DNA of 62,658 bases, the filler included, from Pirum gemmata (Eukaryota): the NCBI GenBank assembly GCA_002812295.1. It is 28 parts of 28 records of this genome, joined end to end, with 100 filler letters (N's around TTAATTAATTAA, not from the genome) between each part and the next. Parts side by side here need not be neighbours in the genome. Positions count along the whole stretch, not along the records: positions 1 to 2,164 come from PDIN01008096.1; positions 2,265 to 4,387 come from PDIN01008097.1; positions 4,488 to 6,659 come from PDIN01008098.1; positions 6,760 to 8,879 come from PDIN01008099.1; positions 8,980 to 11,126 come from PDIN01008100.1; positions 11,227 to 13,380 come from PDIN01008101.1; 22 more parts are not named here. One strand, 5' to 3'. Below, piece after piece: positions 1 to 13,380 of the stretch; the first letter of the stretch is position 1; each line of letters opens with the position of its first letter. Position numbers and translations under genes: made by a program. The notes under the pieces were generated by a model that had not been told where the DNA came from, did no database searches, and saw only the letters and a list, made by a program, of their open reading frames with translations.

Positions 1-511
1 TATTTATTTATTTATTATAGTGCTTTTCAATTGTTATATTATACTTACCGGCATATAATATATAGTTGGTTATTTGGTTTTTGTAAAATATAATTATAGC
101 AATTTTTGAAAATAGATGTAGTTTTTATCCAATTTTGTGTGGCAGATATTTTTAGATGAAAACTATTTTTGGGTTTAGACAATCGCCGCATTGGGCAACC
201 GCAATAGTAGAGCATTTTTTATTTTTTACTGAACGACAATTTATAGCTAAAAAAGGTAACAATTTAGTAAATTGGTTTCTAAAAAGGAAATTTTATTTGC
301 TATCAATGAGTTATCAATGTCTATCATAGACTTATGAAAACTTTATGAAACCTTCGCTATGGAATTCGAATTCGAACAGGAATAGTAGAACTAATAGTCG
401 TAGTAGTATTAATAGTAGTAGACTAGTAGACAACAAAAAGTACTAGTAGTAGTGGTGGTGGTGGTGGTAGTGGTAGTAGTGGTAGTGGTAGTGGTAGTAG
501 TGGTGGTAGTG

Positions 512-560
<49 letters not shown>

Positions 561-1252
561 NNNNNNNNNNNNNNNNNNNNNNNNNNNNNNNNNNNNNNNN
601 NNNNNNNNNNNNNNNNNNNNNNNNNNNNNNNNNNNNNNNNNNNTAGTAGTAGTAGTAGTAATAGTAGTAGTAGTAGTAGTAATAGTAGTAGTAGTAGTAG
701 TAATAGTAGTAGTAGTAGTAGTAGTAATAGTAGTAGTAGTAGTAGTAGTAGTATCATGGTAGTAGTAGTAGTGGTAGTAGTAGTAGTAGTAGTATGTGTA
801 GTAGTAGTATGTTATTATAGTAGTAGTGGTGATGGTGGTAGTAGTAATAGTATAATAGTAGTGGCAGTAGTAGTATGCATAGTAGTAGTAGTAGTGGTAG
901 TAGTAATGGTAGTAGTATGCATAGTAGTAGTAGTAACAGCAGCAGCAGTAGTAGTAGTAGTAGTAGTAGTATGCACAGCAGTAGTACTAGTAGTAGTGAT
1001 AGTAGTGGTAGTAGTATGCATAGTACTAGTACTAGTACTAGTAGTAGTAGTAGCAGTAGTAGTAGTAGTACCAGTAGTAGTAGTAGTAGTAGTAGTATTA
1101 ATAGTAGTAGTAGTAGTAGTCGTAGTAGTAGTAGTAGTAGTGCAGAGTAATACTTAGAGTATGCATAGTAGTAGTAGTAGTAGTAGAGTAGTAATACAGA
1201 GTAATACTGAGAGTATGCATAATCATAGTAGTAGTAGTAGTAGTAGGTTTAG

Positions 1253-1412
1253 TATGGTGCAGTACGCCTAACATTTACCAACTTTTGAAAAGTGGCCATA
1301 TTTTTTCTTTCGGATCGAACATTTCAAACACACTAAATCCATATATTCGAAATAGAATATTATTATTACTATGTCCCAAAAAGTTGGGGTTTCTTAGACG
1401 CAATGCACCATA
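1253..1412. mobile_element. MITE-like family D (~160 bp), TIR TATGGTGCA...TGCACCATA
   Basis: Terminal inverted repeats visible. A second copy lies in reverse orientation at 24064-24223 on another contig. Confidence 0.8.
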
Positions 1413-1428
1413 ACAGTAGTAGTTAAAA

Positions 1429-1622
1429 GTCTCTCCCAATTCTGCTCGAGCCCGAAAACTCGAATTTCTGCTGTCGAAAAATTATTCTTTCTATTTTTTC
1501 GGGTTTATTAATAAATAAATATACTCGAATACTTAACCGTTAGCTTAAAATTTTCGAGCTTATTTAATTAATACATAGGCTTGAAAGCTCGATTTTTAAA
1601 CAAGGCAGAATTGGGAGAAGCC
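1429..1622. mobile_element. MITE-like family A (~195 bp), TIR TCTCCCAATTCTGC...GCAGAATTGGGAGA
   Basis: Clear TIRs. Further copies at ~1815-1968 (truncated), ~20345-20560 and ~32360-32462 (right half only). Confidence 0.85.
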
Positions 1623-1717
1623 TAGTAGTAGTATTTTAGGAAAAGTCTATTTTAGGCAATATTTGTTAAAAAAAAATTAGCAGACGAACCACAAGCTTCC
1701 TTTGCCACGGTTGTTAA

Positions 1718-2120
1718 GGGAGCATTCAAATAATACGTCACGTCAAGGGGTAGGTAAGTAGGTGGTATTTGACCGGAAATTAACGTCGAGGGGTAGGTAG
1801 ATAGGGGTATTTGAAGCCTCTCCCAATTCTGCTCGAGCCCGAAAACTCGAATTTCTGCTGTCGAAAAATTATTCTTTCTATTTTTTTCGGGTTTATTAAT
1901 AAATAAATATGCTCGAATACTTAACTGTTAGCTTAAAATTTTCGAACTTATTTAATTAATACATAGGCCTAATGGTTGTCTGTTAATTAACAATTGGGGG
2001 GTGTTCAAATAATACGTCACGTCAAGGGGTAGGTAGGTAGGTAGTATTTGACCAGAAATTACGTCGTGGATTAGGTAGGTAGGGGTATTTGAAGCTGTAT
2101 TTGACCGGAAGTTGTGACAG
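1718..2120. mobile_element. Dispersed repeat family E (GGGAGCATTCAAATAATACGTCACGTCAAGGGG...), two copies interrupted by a family A copy
   Basis: Copies at ~1718-1817 (preceded by TTAA) and ~1996-2120; also 20237-20335 and reverse complement 24505-24622. Confidence 0.7.
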
Positions 2121-2623
2121 TTGTTGGTTTTTTTTTTTTTTAAAATACTATAACAGCAGCTATANNNNNNNNNNNNNNNNNNNNNNNNNNNNNNNNNNNN
2201 NNNNNNNNTTAATTAATTAANNNNNNNNNNNNNNNNNNNNNNNNNNNNNNNNNNNNNNNNNNNNAGTAGTAGTAGTAGTAATAGTAGTAATAGTAATAGC
2301 TATAGTAGTAATAGTAATAGTAATAGTAATAGTATTATTATTAGCTATAGCATTTATTATTATAATAATTATATAATTATTGTTGTTGTTGTTGTTGTTG
2401 CTGTTGTTGGTGTTGTTATATTGTTATTTTATTATTATCATTATTATCCCATCTTCATTATGATAATTATTATCTACTTATTATTATTATTATTATTGTT
2501 GTTGTTTTCATCATTATTTTAAGTATTTTGATTGTTTTAATCTAGCTTTATTATAGCTCTTATTATGACATTATTATAGATTTGTTGTTTCTCAATTGTT
2601 TACTATTATAATACTTCTTGTAG

Positions 2624-2720
2624 AGATTGGACTAATCAAGGCTTGGAATGGATAAAGAATAACGCTTTTGACGAAGGCTCAGACCCTAATAGAATAGGAA
2701 AGACAGTGACCCATTTGTAA
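2624..2720 (+). CDS. Probable isolated exon, product unknown (DWTNQGLEWIKNNAFDEGSDPNRIGKTVTHL)
   Basis: High-complexity island among microsatellites with acceptor ttgtag at 2623. It ends either at TAA 2720 or at donor GTAAGT at 2717. Confidence 0.4.
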
Positions 2721-2943
2721 GTTAACCCTTGTGATGTTGTTATTTCCCATTTAAAGGGAACATTAATTAATAACGTCACTTTTTTTAAAAATTACCCCTT
2801 TTCTAGATTTCCATTTTGATTAATGGCTTATATTACAATCTGATAGTGTCAGATTAATGAATTTTCCCTTATAATAACAATAACTATAGTAAGAACCATA
2901 TTTGAACGAGAACAAGAACAAGAAAAACAATAACAATAGCAAC

Positions 2944-2975
<32 letters not shown>

Positions 2976-3491
2976 TAATAATAACAGTAACAAGAACAAT
3001 AACAATAACAATAGTTATAACAATAACAACAACAATAACAATAACAATAATGATAACAATAACAACAACAGCAACAATAATAATAGAAATAACAATAAAA
3101 ATAAACCTTTAATAACAACAAAAACAAAAATGAGTATCATTATAAGCTATTGTAGGTTAGTGAAAAGCTGTAATAACATTTAACGTATTATAAATGTATT
3201 AACATTTTGTTTTTTTTGTTTTTTAGCCTAACCCTAACCCTAACCCTAACCCTAACCCTAACACTAGCCCTAACCCTAACCCTAATCCTAACCTTAACCC
3301 TAACCGGGATTATAGAGACGTATCTTTTAATTCAATAGAATCCCTTTACTACATGGAGGATTTGGTATCAGTCCAATATTTGTAAGTGCATATTGAGTTA
3401 CTAGTCACTTATAATTTTTATCAACACTATCACCAGTAACTGTGCCAATAACCATAGTAAAATAAGTAGAAAACAACAACAATAATAATAA

Positions 3492-3547
<56 letters not shown>

Positions 3548-3593
3548 GTATTGGCATTGGCATTGAAATTGAAATTGAAATTGGTAAATATAC

Positions 3594-4293
3594 CTTTTAC
3601 TGGAATAATAAGATAAAGTCAACCCAGTTAAAGAAAACCATCTGACTTGCCAACCAGTCATGTAGTTTGTCCATTTTACAAGCTGCCCCTCTCTTGTACA
3701 AAAAAGGAAAAAAGGAAAAACAAACAAACAAAAAAAGTTGATAAACTCATTTCCAATAAATAAAGAAACCCTAACTTTAACTCTAACCCTGACTCTAACC
3801 CTGACTCTAACCACAACTCTAACCATAACTATAAACATACCTCTAACCCTAACCCTAACCCTAACTCTAACCTTAACTCTAACCATAACTCTAACTCTAA
3901 CTCTAACTCTAACTCTAACTTTAGCTCTAGCTCTAGCTCTAGCTCTAACTCTAACACTAACTCTAACTCTAACTATAACTCTAACTCTAACTCTAACTTT
4001 AACTCTAATTCTTAACTCTAACTCTAACTCTAACTCTAACTCTAACTCTAACTCTAACTCTAACTCTAACTCTGATAATCCTGCCTTCCAGGTGACTTTT
4101 CTCTTCATTCAGCCATTTTTTGTTAATTTTAGTAGTGGAATTGGTGTAAAAAAAGCAAAAAAGAAAAAGGCAAAAAGTCTACAAACACATTTTCAACAAA
4201 TAACCAACCCCTAACTCCAACTCTAACCCCAACCCTAACTCTATAACCCTAATCATTCTACCTATCAGGAGGCTTTTCTCCTTGTTCGTCCAT
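3594..4293 (-). CDS. N-terminal PH domain of OSBP/CERT/FAPP type; exons 4293-4262 and 3692-3594; probably truncated or decaying downstream
   Basis: GT-AG splicing in matching phase gives [43 protein letters not shown], matching the EGxLxKWTNYxxGWQxRWF signature. The likely next exon (~3305-3400) looks frame-disrupted. Confidence 0.8.
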
Positions 4294-6943
4294 TTTGAAT
4301 AAATTTAGTAGCGACAATGGTGATGTCTGTTACAAAATACTAACAGGGCTCCTCCTGCTGCTGCTGGTAATAATAATAATAATAATANNNNNNNNNNNNN
4401 NNNNNNNNNNNNNNNNNNNNNNNNNNNNNNNTTAATTAATTAANNNNNNNNNNNNNNNNNNNNNNNNNNNNNNNNNNNNNNNNNNNNATTTTTTTGTTTT
4501 TTTGTTTTTTTTAACATTTTTTTTTAAAAAAACGAGTAAACTCTAGCTAGACTCTAATAATATAAACTAGATAATATAAATTAAAAATATTTTGATACCA
4601 ATGAAATAATTAGCTTTGTGTGTTTAAAAATAGTTATTTTTAAAATACATTTTAGGAAAAGGATGATATTAATTAATGTTTATTATAATTATTTGAAGTT
4701 TTAAAACCATAGCAGTCATAAGTTTTAAAAATAATTATAGTGCTTTTCATTTGTTTTGTCATCATAAAATATACAATAAATAGTACCAAATTAATACACA
4801 GAGTGACAACATAAACGAAATGCACGATATAAACATCATCCATTTCAGTACAGTTGTTCTCTCAATCTTTGATTTGGTGATAGTCTAACCATATAATAAT
4901 GATATATGATAATTTGTTACGTTTATTTCAGCTAATCTGGAGATGAGTCCTGATAGTCTACTGTTTGTAACCAAACCTAGCCAACAGCCAGGGCCAACAA
5001 CAACAATAACAATTATTTTAAAATATATTATAATAACAATATCGGTAATAATAACAATAATAAAATATACATGACATTGTAAATGTACAATAAAGACTCA
5101 ATAAAGTACAAAAATATAATATTATAATAATAATTAATTAAGGTGATTGTAATATATATTATTATATTAATGTTGTATGTAGTAATAGTAGTAGTTATAT
5201 TTATATCTGATAGTGTGTTTTCTTTTTAAGTGTATGATTATGATTTATATTATTTTTTGAGTGAGAAAGTCAGGGGGTCGGGTTTGGGCCTGAGCTGAGG
5301 ATTTTGGCTCAACCCCAGCCCCTGTCCAGTTTTAGGCTGACAACTTTAGATAGCTAGCTAGGGTACATTGACAAGAAAAGAAAAAACAAGAAAAGTAATA
5401 AAAAGAAAATAAAAATTAAAAAAAAATATCGAATATAGTAATAAATTGATCAAATTGAATTTCTTTGAAAAAAAATAATTTTATTTATAGACTATAACAT
5501 GGGTATAATTAGTGTCTTCTTTTACAATTGGTGTCACTTTCAAAACTCAAATAACATTAAATTTTTATAAACTATTATAATTATTATTATTATTATTACT
5601 TCTACTTGCTAAATGTAGCTAGTGTCCCTTGTTGCAAATAGAAACAGTGGTCCTACTTACACCTTTAAATTTGAGTGCAATTGGGTTTCTAACGCTATAT
5701 AATAACATAATACTACTAACCCTAGGCCTATAACCCTAACTTTAACCGTAACCGTAACCGTAACCGTAACCGTAACCGTAACTGTAACTGTAACCGTAAC
5801 CGCAACCGCAACCGCAACCGCAACCGCAACCGCAACCGTAACCGTAACCGTAACCGTAACCGTAACCGTAACCGTAATGGCAATCGTAACCTTTTTTAAC
5901 CTTAACCTTAACCTTAATTTAACCCTAACCCTGATCTTAACCTTAACCTTTTAACAGTTAAAATAAATAAATAATAAAAGGAGCAACACAGCCCTAGCGG
6001 TAATTTCCTTTAAAAGCCACTATCACACCACTATCACACTCTATCACTAAACCTTAATTAATTAATATAATATTAATTAATTAATGTAATTATAATAAAT
6101 AAGCCCCAAACCCAAAACAGTTCCAAAACTCCAAACCGCAAACTTCAACCTCCAACTAACCTTCAAACACGGGAACAACACCCACCTAACATATTTACTA
6201 CTAGAGAATTATTCCTGGATTTAATATTCTCCCATTTTGAAAAAAAAAAAAAAACACAGCTTTAGCACTTCCTACAGATAATTTTTTCTTTTTTGATTAG
6301 TTAATTTCACAATTGGAAGTTTTAAAAGTTTATGGTTATAATTATAAATGGAAAATTGGATTGGATCGGTCGATATATGTCATTAAATAAAACTTTCAAT
6401 GATAAATTAAAAGTTACCAGAACAAATTATTTAACTTTAATAGTGATTTGACTGTAATATTATAATATGTTTATAATATATATATATAGCTATAACAAAC
6501 AACAAACAATAAACAACAAACAACAAACAACAAACAACAAACAACAAACAACGTTCTATATCATAGAATTTTCTCTTATTTCACACTCCGAATATTATTT
6601 GGTTTGTTATAATTAAAATATATAGGAAGTTATAAATAGCTATAATATTTATATTATACNNNNNNNNNNNNNNNNNNNNNNNNNNNNNNNNNNNNNNNNN
6701 NNNTTAATTAATTAANNNNNNNNNNNNNNNNNNNNNNNNNNNNNNNNNNNNNNNNNNNNTAATAATAATAATAATAATAAGTAAAACATAATTCTTGAAA
6801 TAAGTCATGCGTGATCGTGGTCGTGATCTTGGTCTTGGTCTTGGCCTTGGTCGTAATTGTTATGGTAAAATGTTACACAGTAACATTGATTAAAACGAGT
6901 TTTACTCGCTAGAAAACTTCTTTTAAAATTAATATCACTACTT

Positions 6944-8811
6944 TCAAGGGTGTATATTGTTAAAATCTCTACTTACACCGGTCAATACACCCGTGTCAAG
7001 ATCAACTACATTTCTTCCCTGAGCAGACTTTGGTACATTTACTTGGCCAACAGCATTAAGTGAACCAGAGTTAGAATTCAGTTGGCTTAAGGGTACAGCT
7101 TCCAAGCCCTTATGGTTACCTCTTCTTGGAAACACTTGATTTCCAAATTTTGTTTTTTCTTGTTCGTTACCACGTCCTATGTAACAAATATGCAACTTAT
7201 GGAAATATAACGCCCCAATAGTTACCGAGTACTGCGTAAATATAGCCAAGGATAACAAACAATAATATAGTTCGGGAGCTAAATCGGTAACCAACGCTGT
7301 AACCATTTGCACTAAAATAGCAATTAAAAACCAATTATATATGCAAAACGCTATTAAGCGGGCTTCGTTAAAGAAAGACGGGGCATGGTGGACATTGTAA
7401 GCTAAAATTGAACCCAGAAACAGCAGAACTAGCTCACCGCCAAATAAAACCCACTGAAAAATATTCGGTTTATAACATATGTAATGAATGGAAATTCGAT
7501 CGTTCGGATCGCAAACTACAGTTAAAAAACTGTCATATTCTACTAACGTCCAAACAGATAAAAATACACACCAGCCAAACATCATGACCCCTAATATCGA
7601 AAATAAAAATACGTTGTTCAAAGAATTATCTTTCATTAAAGTGCCACTAAAAACTTTTTTTACTCGGTAAGTTTTCAAGAACAAGGAACCGAAGCTGATG
7701 ATAAACCCCATGGCTCTTAACCAGGTAAAGGCTATACAACCTGCCTGCGTTGACCCTTCCCAAACCAGGACTATAACAGCCATAAAACTAATAAATCCCC
7801 CACCAGCTATCGTTAACATTAAAGGGATACTTGCAGTTTTAATAACTAATTGATGGCGGTTTTTTAAAAACAAATAAACAGCCACTAGAAACACCACAGA
7901 GGCGATACAAACCAAAGCGGACCACACAATTCCGACCTATAATAGTTAAGCAAGTTTAAATTGATCAATAAAACTATACATGCATAATACAGGATAAAAC
8001 AATGAAGGCTAGGCTGAGATGCAAAGCAAGATAAGATTAGGCAAGATATAAATTAAAGATGAGGCTGAATTGTAAATTTGAGCTAAAACAGAACAAAAAC
8101 AAAACAAAACAAAAAATACTTACCCAGATGGCTAAGGATCGAACAGTATAAGGTTTCATATCAGAAGGTTGTACAAAATTTACTTCATCTATGCTTTTTG
8201 GAGCAAATCGAAATACTTCCGTAGTAGTGTTCATAACAGTATCACCATTCGCGTTAACCCGCTTCATTTGCACAAATTTAAAGGATTTAGTAGTCCTATT
8301 ATACTGGGAATTCAAAATGGCGTATTGTGCCGTTTCCATATTACGATCACCATTTTTATCGAACGACACTGGCCCAGTGGCACCTACAAAACTAACTTGG
8401 TGGGCCTCATACAACATATAAGCTTGCCAGATATGCAAAAAATATGCCGGATTGTCATTTTGTTCAAAGAACTTTATCATTTCGCAAACACCGCATACAG
8501 TGCAGTTGGTTGCACAATTACTCTTTGTGTATAACTCTTGCTCTAATGTGCTTAAATTGCACGTCTGTAATAAATAATAAATTATAAATAATAAATAATA
8601 AATAATAAATAATAAATAATAAAAAATAAAAAATAAAAAATAAAAAATGGAAATATGATTCTACTAATAGATTAACAAAATTAATACTCGTCAATAGTTG
8701 GCACGTGGTCGGACGCAAAACGCTTTTTACTTTTACCCCTACCACCTCTATACTCACTAGTATCACTTAAATCTGGATCGAACTCATCTTCACTAATATC
8801 ATCCGAGTATT
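6944..8811 (-). CDS. Class C GPCR (GABA-B/mGluR-like), 3' part; exons ~8811-, ~8564-8124, 7936-6944
   Basis: Venus-flytrap end motif SFVGATGPVSFDKNGDR, seven hydrophobic helices, GSLFLKTYRV and FNEARLIAFCIYN motifs. Phase-0 GT-AG intron at 8123-7937. Upstream exon boundaries uncertain. Confidence 0.92.
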
Positions 8812-9459
8812 CTAAAGAAAAACAAAAAAGGTCAGGTTTAGACTTAAGGTTACGGTTACGGTTACGGTTACGGTTACGGNNNNNNNNNNNNNNNNNNNNN
8901 NNNNNNNNNNNNNNNNNNNNNNNTTAATTAATTAANNNNNNNNNNNNNNNNNNNNNNNNNNNNNNNNNNNNNNNNNNNNATATAATGTATTTTCCAATAG
9001 TTTTGTTCAGTTGAAAACTAAAATAAACGTATCGGATTATTATTATAGTAAAATTATCAGTAATCTTTTAATTATTTGGAGTTTTATAGTTAATGCTATC
9101 TTTTATAAAAAGGTTCAATTATACACTTAAACAGTACCAAATCAAATATATATGTATATAAACCCCTTGTCTAATGTAAATATATAATTATTATTATTTA
9201 ACAAATAACAATTAGCTATTTTTAAAATATATAAAAAATAAAAAAAAACAATACAACTTATTTACATATATATCGTGTTTTCCAATAATGTTGTCCAGTT
9301 AAAAAGCTAAAATAATCATCCCAGATTATTATTATAGTAAAGGTATCGGTAACGTTTTAATTAATTTGGAGTTTTATAGTTAATGTCGTCTTTAATAAAA
9401 AAGTTCAATTATGCACTTAAACAGTACCAATTCAAAGGGGACAACTGTTTTATTCCATA

Positions 9460-11090
9460 TATAGAGTGGGAAAAAAAAATTACACACACACACACACCTT
9501 TCCTATTATAAGACTACATCGTAATAACTATCTTAATAGCTATATTGAAAGGAGAAAAAAAGTAAAGTAACTACACCTTTCCATTCGTTATTACTTTGAC
9601 GCCACTAATATATAGGATGGATTATTACTTACAACTTTTCATTTATTATTACTTTGACGCCAACTAATATATTGGATGGAAAGGAGAAAGAAAAATACAC
9701 ATACGCACTTTTCCTATTATAAGACTGTAATACTTATTGAAAGGGGAAAAAAAGTAAAGTAACTACATCTTTCCATTTATTATTACTTTGACGCCACTAA
9801 TATATTGGATGGAGAGGGGAAAGAAAATTACACATACACACCTTTCCTATTATAAGACTACATCCTTTTATACTTATTGAAAAGGGAAAAAAAGAAAAGT
9901 AACTACACCTTTCCATATATAGGATGGATTATTACTTTGACCCCACAACCTTCCATCTATAAACCTCTGACGTCATAATCCAATGGATGGAAAGGGGAAA
10001 TAAAATTTTGCTCCCTACCTTTCCAATTTCGTTTTTATATATACATTGAGAAGGGAAAGAAAGTTATGTAATAACACCTTTCTCTTTATACAAACTTAAC
10101 AGACAATTAATCATTTATCAAAACAGTTATGTATATAACACCTTCTCATTGATAAAAACTTTAAAAGTCACAATCACAACGTTCCATCTATAAACATCTG
10201 ACGTCATAATCCAATAGATGGAAAGGGTAAATGAAATTTTGCTCATACCACTTTCCAATTAACAAAATTCGTCTTGATACACATTAAAAAGGAACAATTA
10301 ATTATTTATCGAAACATGTACATAAATAACACCTTTCCATCGATAAAAACTTTAAAAGTTGTAATCACAACTTTCCATCTGTAAAATTCTGACGTCATGA
10401 TCCAATGGATGGAAAAGGGAAATAAAATTTTGCTCATACCACTTTCCAATTATCAACATTCGTCTTTATATACATTGATAAAGGAAAGAAAGTTATGTAA
10501 TAACACCTTTCTCTTCATAAAAACTTAACGGACAATTACTAACCCTAACCCTAACACTAACCCACCTTTCTATTGATAAAAACTTTTTAAGTCACAATCG
10601 CAACTTCCCTTCCATAAAACTCTGACGTCATAATCCAATGGATGGAGAGGGGAAATAAAATTTTGCTCATACCACTTTCCAATTATCAACATTCGTCTTT
10701 ATATACATTGAGAAGGGAAAGAAAGTTATGTAATAACACCTTTCTCTTTATAAAAACTTAACGTACAATTACTAACCCTAACCCTAACCCTAACCCAACT
10801 TTCCATTGATAAAAACTTTAAAAGTCACAATCGCAACTTTCCTTCCATAAAAAACTGACATCATAATCCAATGGATGGAAAGGGGAAATAAAATTTTGCT
10901 CATACCACTTTCCAATTATCAACATTCGTCTTTATATGCATTGAGAAGGGAAAGGTTATGTAATAACACCTTTCTATTTATAAAACCTTTACAAATAAAG
11001 CAACAGCAACTTTCCAATTATAAAACTGCACTTTGATGTATATTGAGAAGGGAAATCTAATTATACCTTTCCATGACTATTTAAAATAAC
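9460..11090. repeat. Complex tandem satellite with ~60-bp monomers arranged in higher-order units
   Basis: Recurring GGAAAGGGGAAA-N~15-CACCTTTCC motif. ~5 copies of a ~190-235-bp unit marked by CTGACGTCATAATCCAATGGATGG (near 9966, 10197, 10388, 10621, 10855). Confidence 0.85.
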
Positions 11091-12149
11091 TGTGACGTCT
11101 TTATTATTATTATTATTATTATTATTNNNNNNNNNNNNNNNNNNNNNNNNNNNNNNNNNNNNNNNNNNNNTTAATTAATTAANNNNNNNNNNNNNNNNNN
11201 NNNNNNNNNNNNNNNNNNNNNNNNNNGTGATTATAATGGTGATGACGGTGGTGGTGGTGGGTCAGAAAGCGACTTGATACGAAAAATAGCAATAACAGCA
11301 ACACGACAACCAATCTACGATTTGAAGAACCTGCATCATCAAAAGAAAAAGAAAAGGATAAGAATAAATAAAAACAAAAAAAAAAAAAAAAAAAAAAAAA
11401 ATTGTTTTTTGTTGGTGTCATTTCTGAAATGCACATCATTTTTTGACGTTAAGCAAACTTCCATTTTTTTTTTCTTTTCTTTTCTTTTGTCAATTATTAG
11501 TACATGTTTGGTTTGACTGCATGACAGGGAGGAGGTGGCTTTCTATATTATATTTTACAATCAATTAGTAGAAATATAGGTGTTAATGATGTGATGAAAT
11601 ATGATTCAAATGATGATTTTATTTGTTGAAAATATGTAGTAAGATAGTTTGTAATTGGTTATATGATTTTATGATTTAATTTAGCTATTCCTTCATAGAC
11701 ATTGGTGGCAACATTAGTACTGCCATTAGCCACTATTCATAAGGGTCTTTTTATTTAGTTTGATAGGCTAGCTGTTATTATGCTTTCCTTGAGATAACTT
11801 TCCGATAAATAAAGAACTGAGCCCTTTAAACTGTTTTAGTTAAAAACAACTACGGTTTTAAATAAGTGATGTATAAGTACTTAATTATGACATGAATTGT
11901 AAATTGATTTGTTGTTTGTGTTATGTTTTGCGTTTGTTTTTTGTTTTTGTGAAGAAAAATGTAGATAAAATGTATTTAACTTTGAAAACATCATAAACTG
12001 TGTATGTAAAGCTGAAAGGCTCTTTATGTGTAACTACATCATAATTAAATGTTTAAGAGTATTTTGTTTGTTTGGTTGTTTGTTTGTTTATGCATATATA
12101 TATAAATCTTTTTATAGTGCTTCTTAAATGCTCCTTTTGTATATTTACG

Positions 12150-13380
12150 GGATAACCCTAACCTTAACCTTAACCTTAATCTTGACCTTAACCTTAACCT
12201 TGACCTTGACCTTGACCTTGACCTTAACCGTAACCCAATCCTAACCATAAGCCTAGTTATAATTCTAACTCTAATTATAACCTGTCCCTGACCCTGATCC
12301 AATCCCTAACCCTGACCCTAATGCTAACCCCAACTTTGACCATGTCCTCCTAACCCTAACCCTAACCCTAACCCTAACCCTAACCCTTAACCTTAAAACC
12401 TTAAAGCCTTAACCTTAACCCTAACCCTAACCCTAACTACTCCCTAACCCTAACTTCTCCCTAACCCTAACCCTAACCCTCAACTTTAATAAAAGCTACT
12501 TAAACTTTTATTCCTTTGTCCACTCTTTTATATTAGATAGGATTAACATTTTCTACCTTACACCTCAATTTCCAATGTAGTGAGATTTGAGCTCTTTTTT
12601 TAAAAGCTGAATTGTTCGGGCATACCTATGTTGGAATTTCACTCATTTAGCCACATACATTATATAGTTTATTTAATAGATTAAGGTTAGAGTTTTAACA
12701 GGTTAGGGTTAGGGTTAGGGTTAGGGTTAGAGTTAGTGCTAGAGAGTTAGACTTAGGCTTAGAGAATCTTATGCTTAAACTTAGGTTAAGATTTAGGTTT
12801 TAAAGGTTAATAATTAATTAAGAAGATGTTGAATTCAACAAACTCCGGAGGGAAACCATGGTCTCAGAATATGGTGGAACTACCCAGCTGGGGAGGGATC
12901 ATTGGAGGGATCCCACTATCAAAAGTAGTATTGAAAAAGAAAAAAAGCAGAGAAAAATTCCAAAAATTCTATGATTTTAAAAATCTAAATATTTTTAAAG
13001 TATAAAATATGATACTAACAAAATACTAGTACAAAAGATTTTACATAATACTCTCTAGAAAATTAGTAGAAATATTAGAGCAATCTGAGTGAAATGCAAA
13101 ATTCCTGGTCAAAAACAAGATAAACACTAGACGGTCTAAGTAGTAGTAGACAAACTGACAAGAATGTGCAAGCTATAGATAGTCAATGCTAGAGGAATTC
13201 AAAAAATTATTGAAATCCTTGAATGTTCAACCAAGTAAAAAAAAACACATGAAAAACTAGAAAATTGCAAAATCAACGTAACCCTAACCCTAACCCTAAC
13301 CCTAACCCTAACCCTAACCCTGACCCTAATGCTAACCCCAACTTTGACCATGTCCTCCTAACCCTAACCCTAACCCTAAC
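12150..13380. repeat. Interstitial telomere-like (CCCTAA)n/(TTAGGG)n arrays and hexamer variants
   Basis: Arrays at 12350-12480, 12701-12730 and 13280-13380. Similar arrays at 3228-3305, 16879-16975, 18841-18970, 19155-19780, 37198-37360, 54043-54262, 60360-60389 and 62603-62643. Confidence 0.9.

Noticed and set aside
443..1157. Poly-V/L/S/Y/I ORFs here and at 2820-3183, 35156-36436, 40662-41279, 49214-50327 and 54543-55428
   Set aside because: Translations of simple tri- and hexanucleotide repeats, several demonstrably intronic.
2209..2220. Regularly spaced TTAATTAATTAA resembling a CRISPR-like or periodic element
   Set aside because: Always centred in N runs with identical geometry; an artificial six-frame-stop linker.
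9460..11090. CRISPR array interpretation of the satellite
   Set aside because: The intervening segments are themselves repeated rather than unique, the repeats are degenerate, the context is eukaryotic and no cas genes are present.
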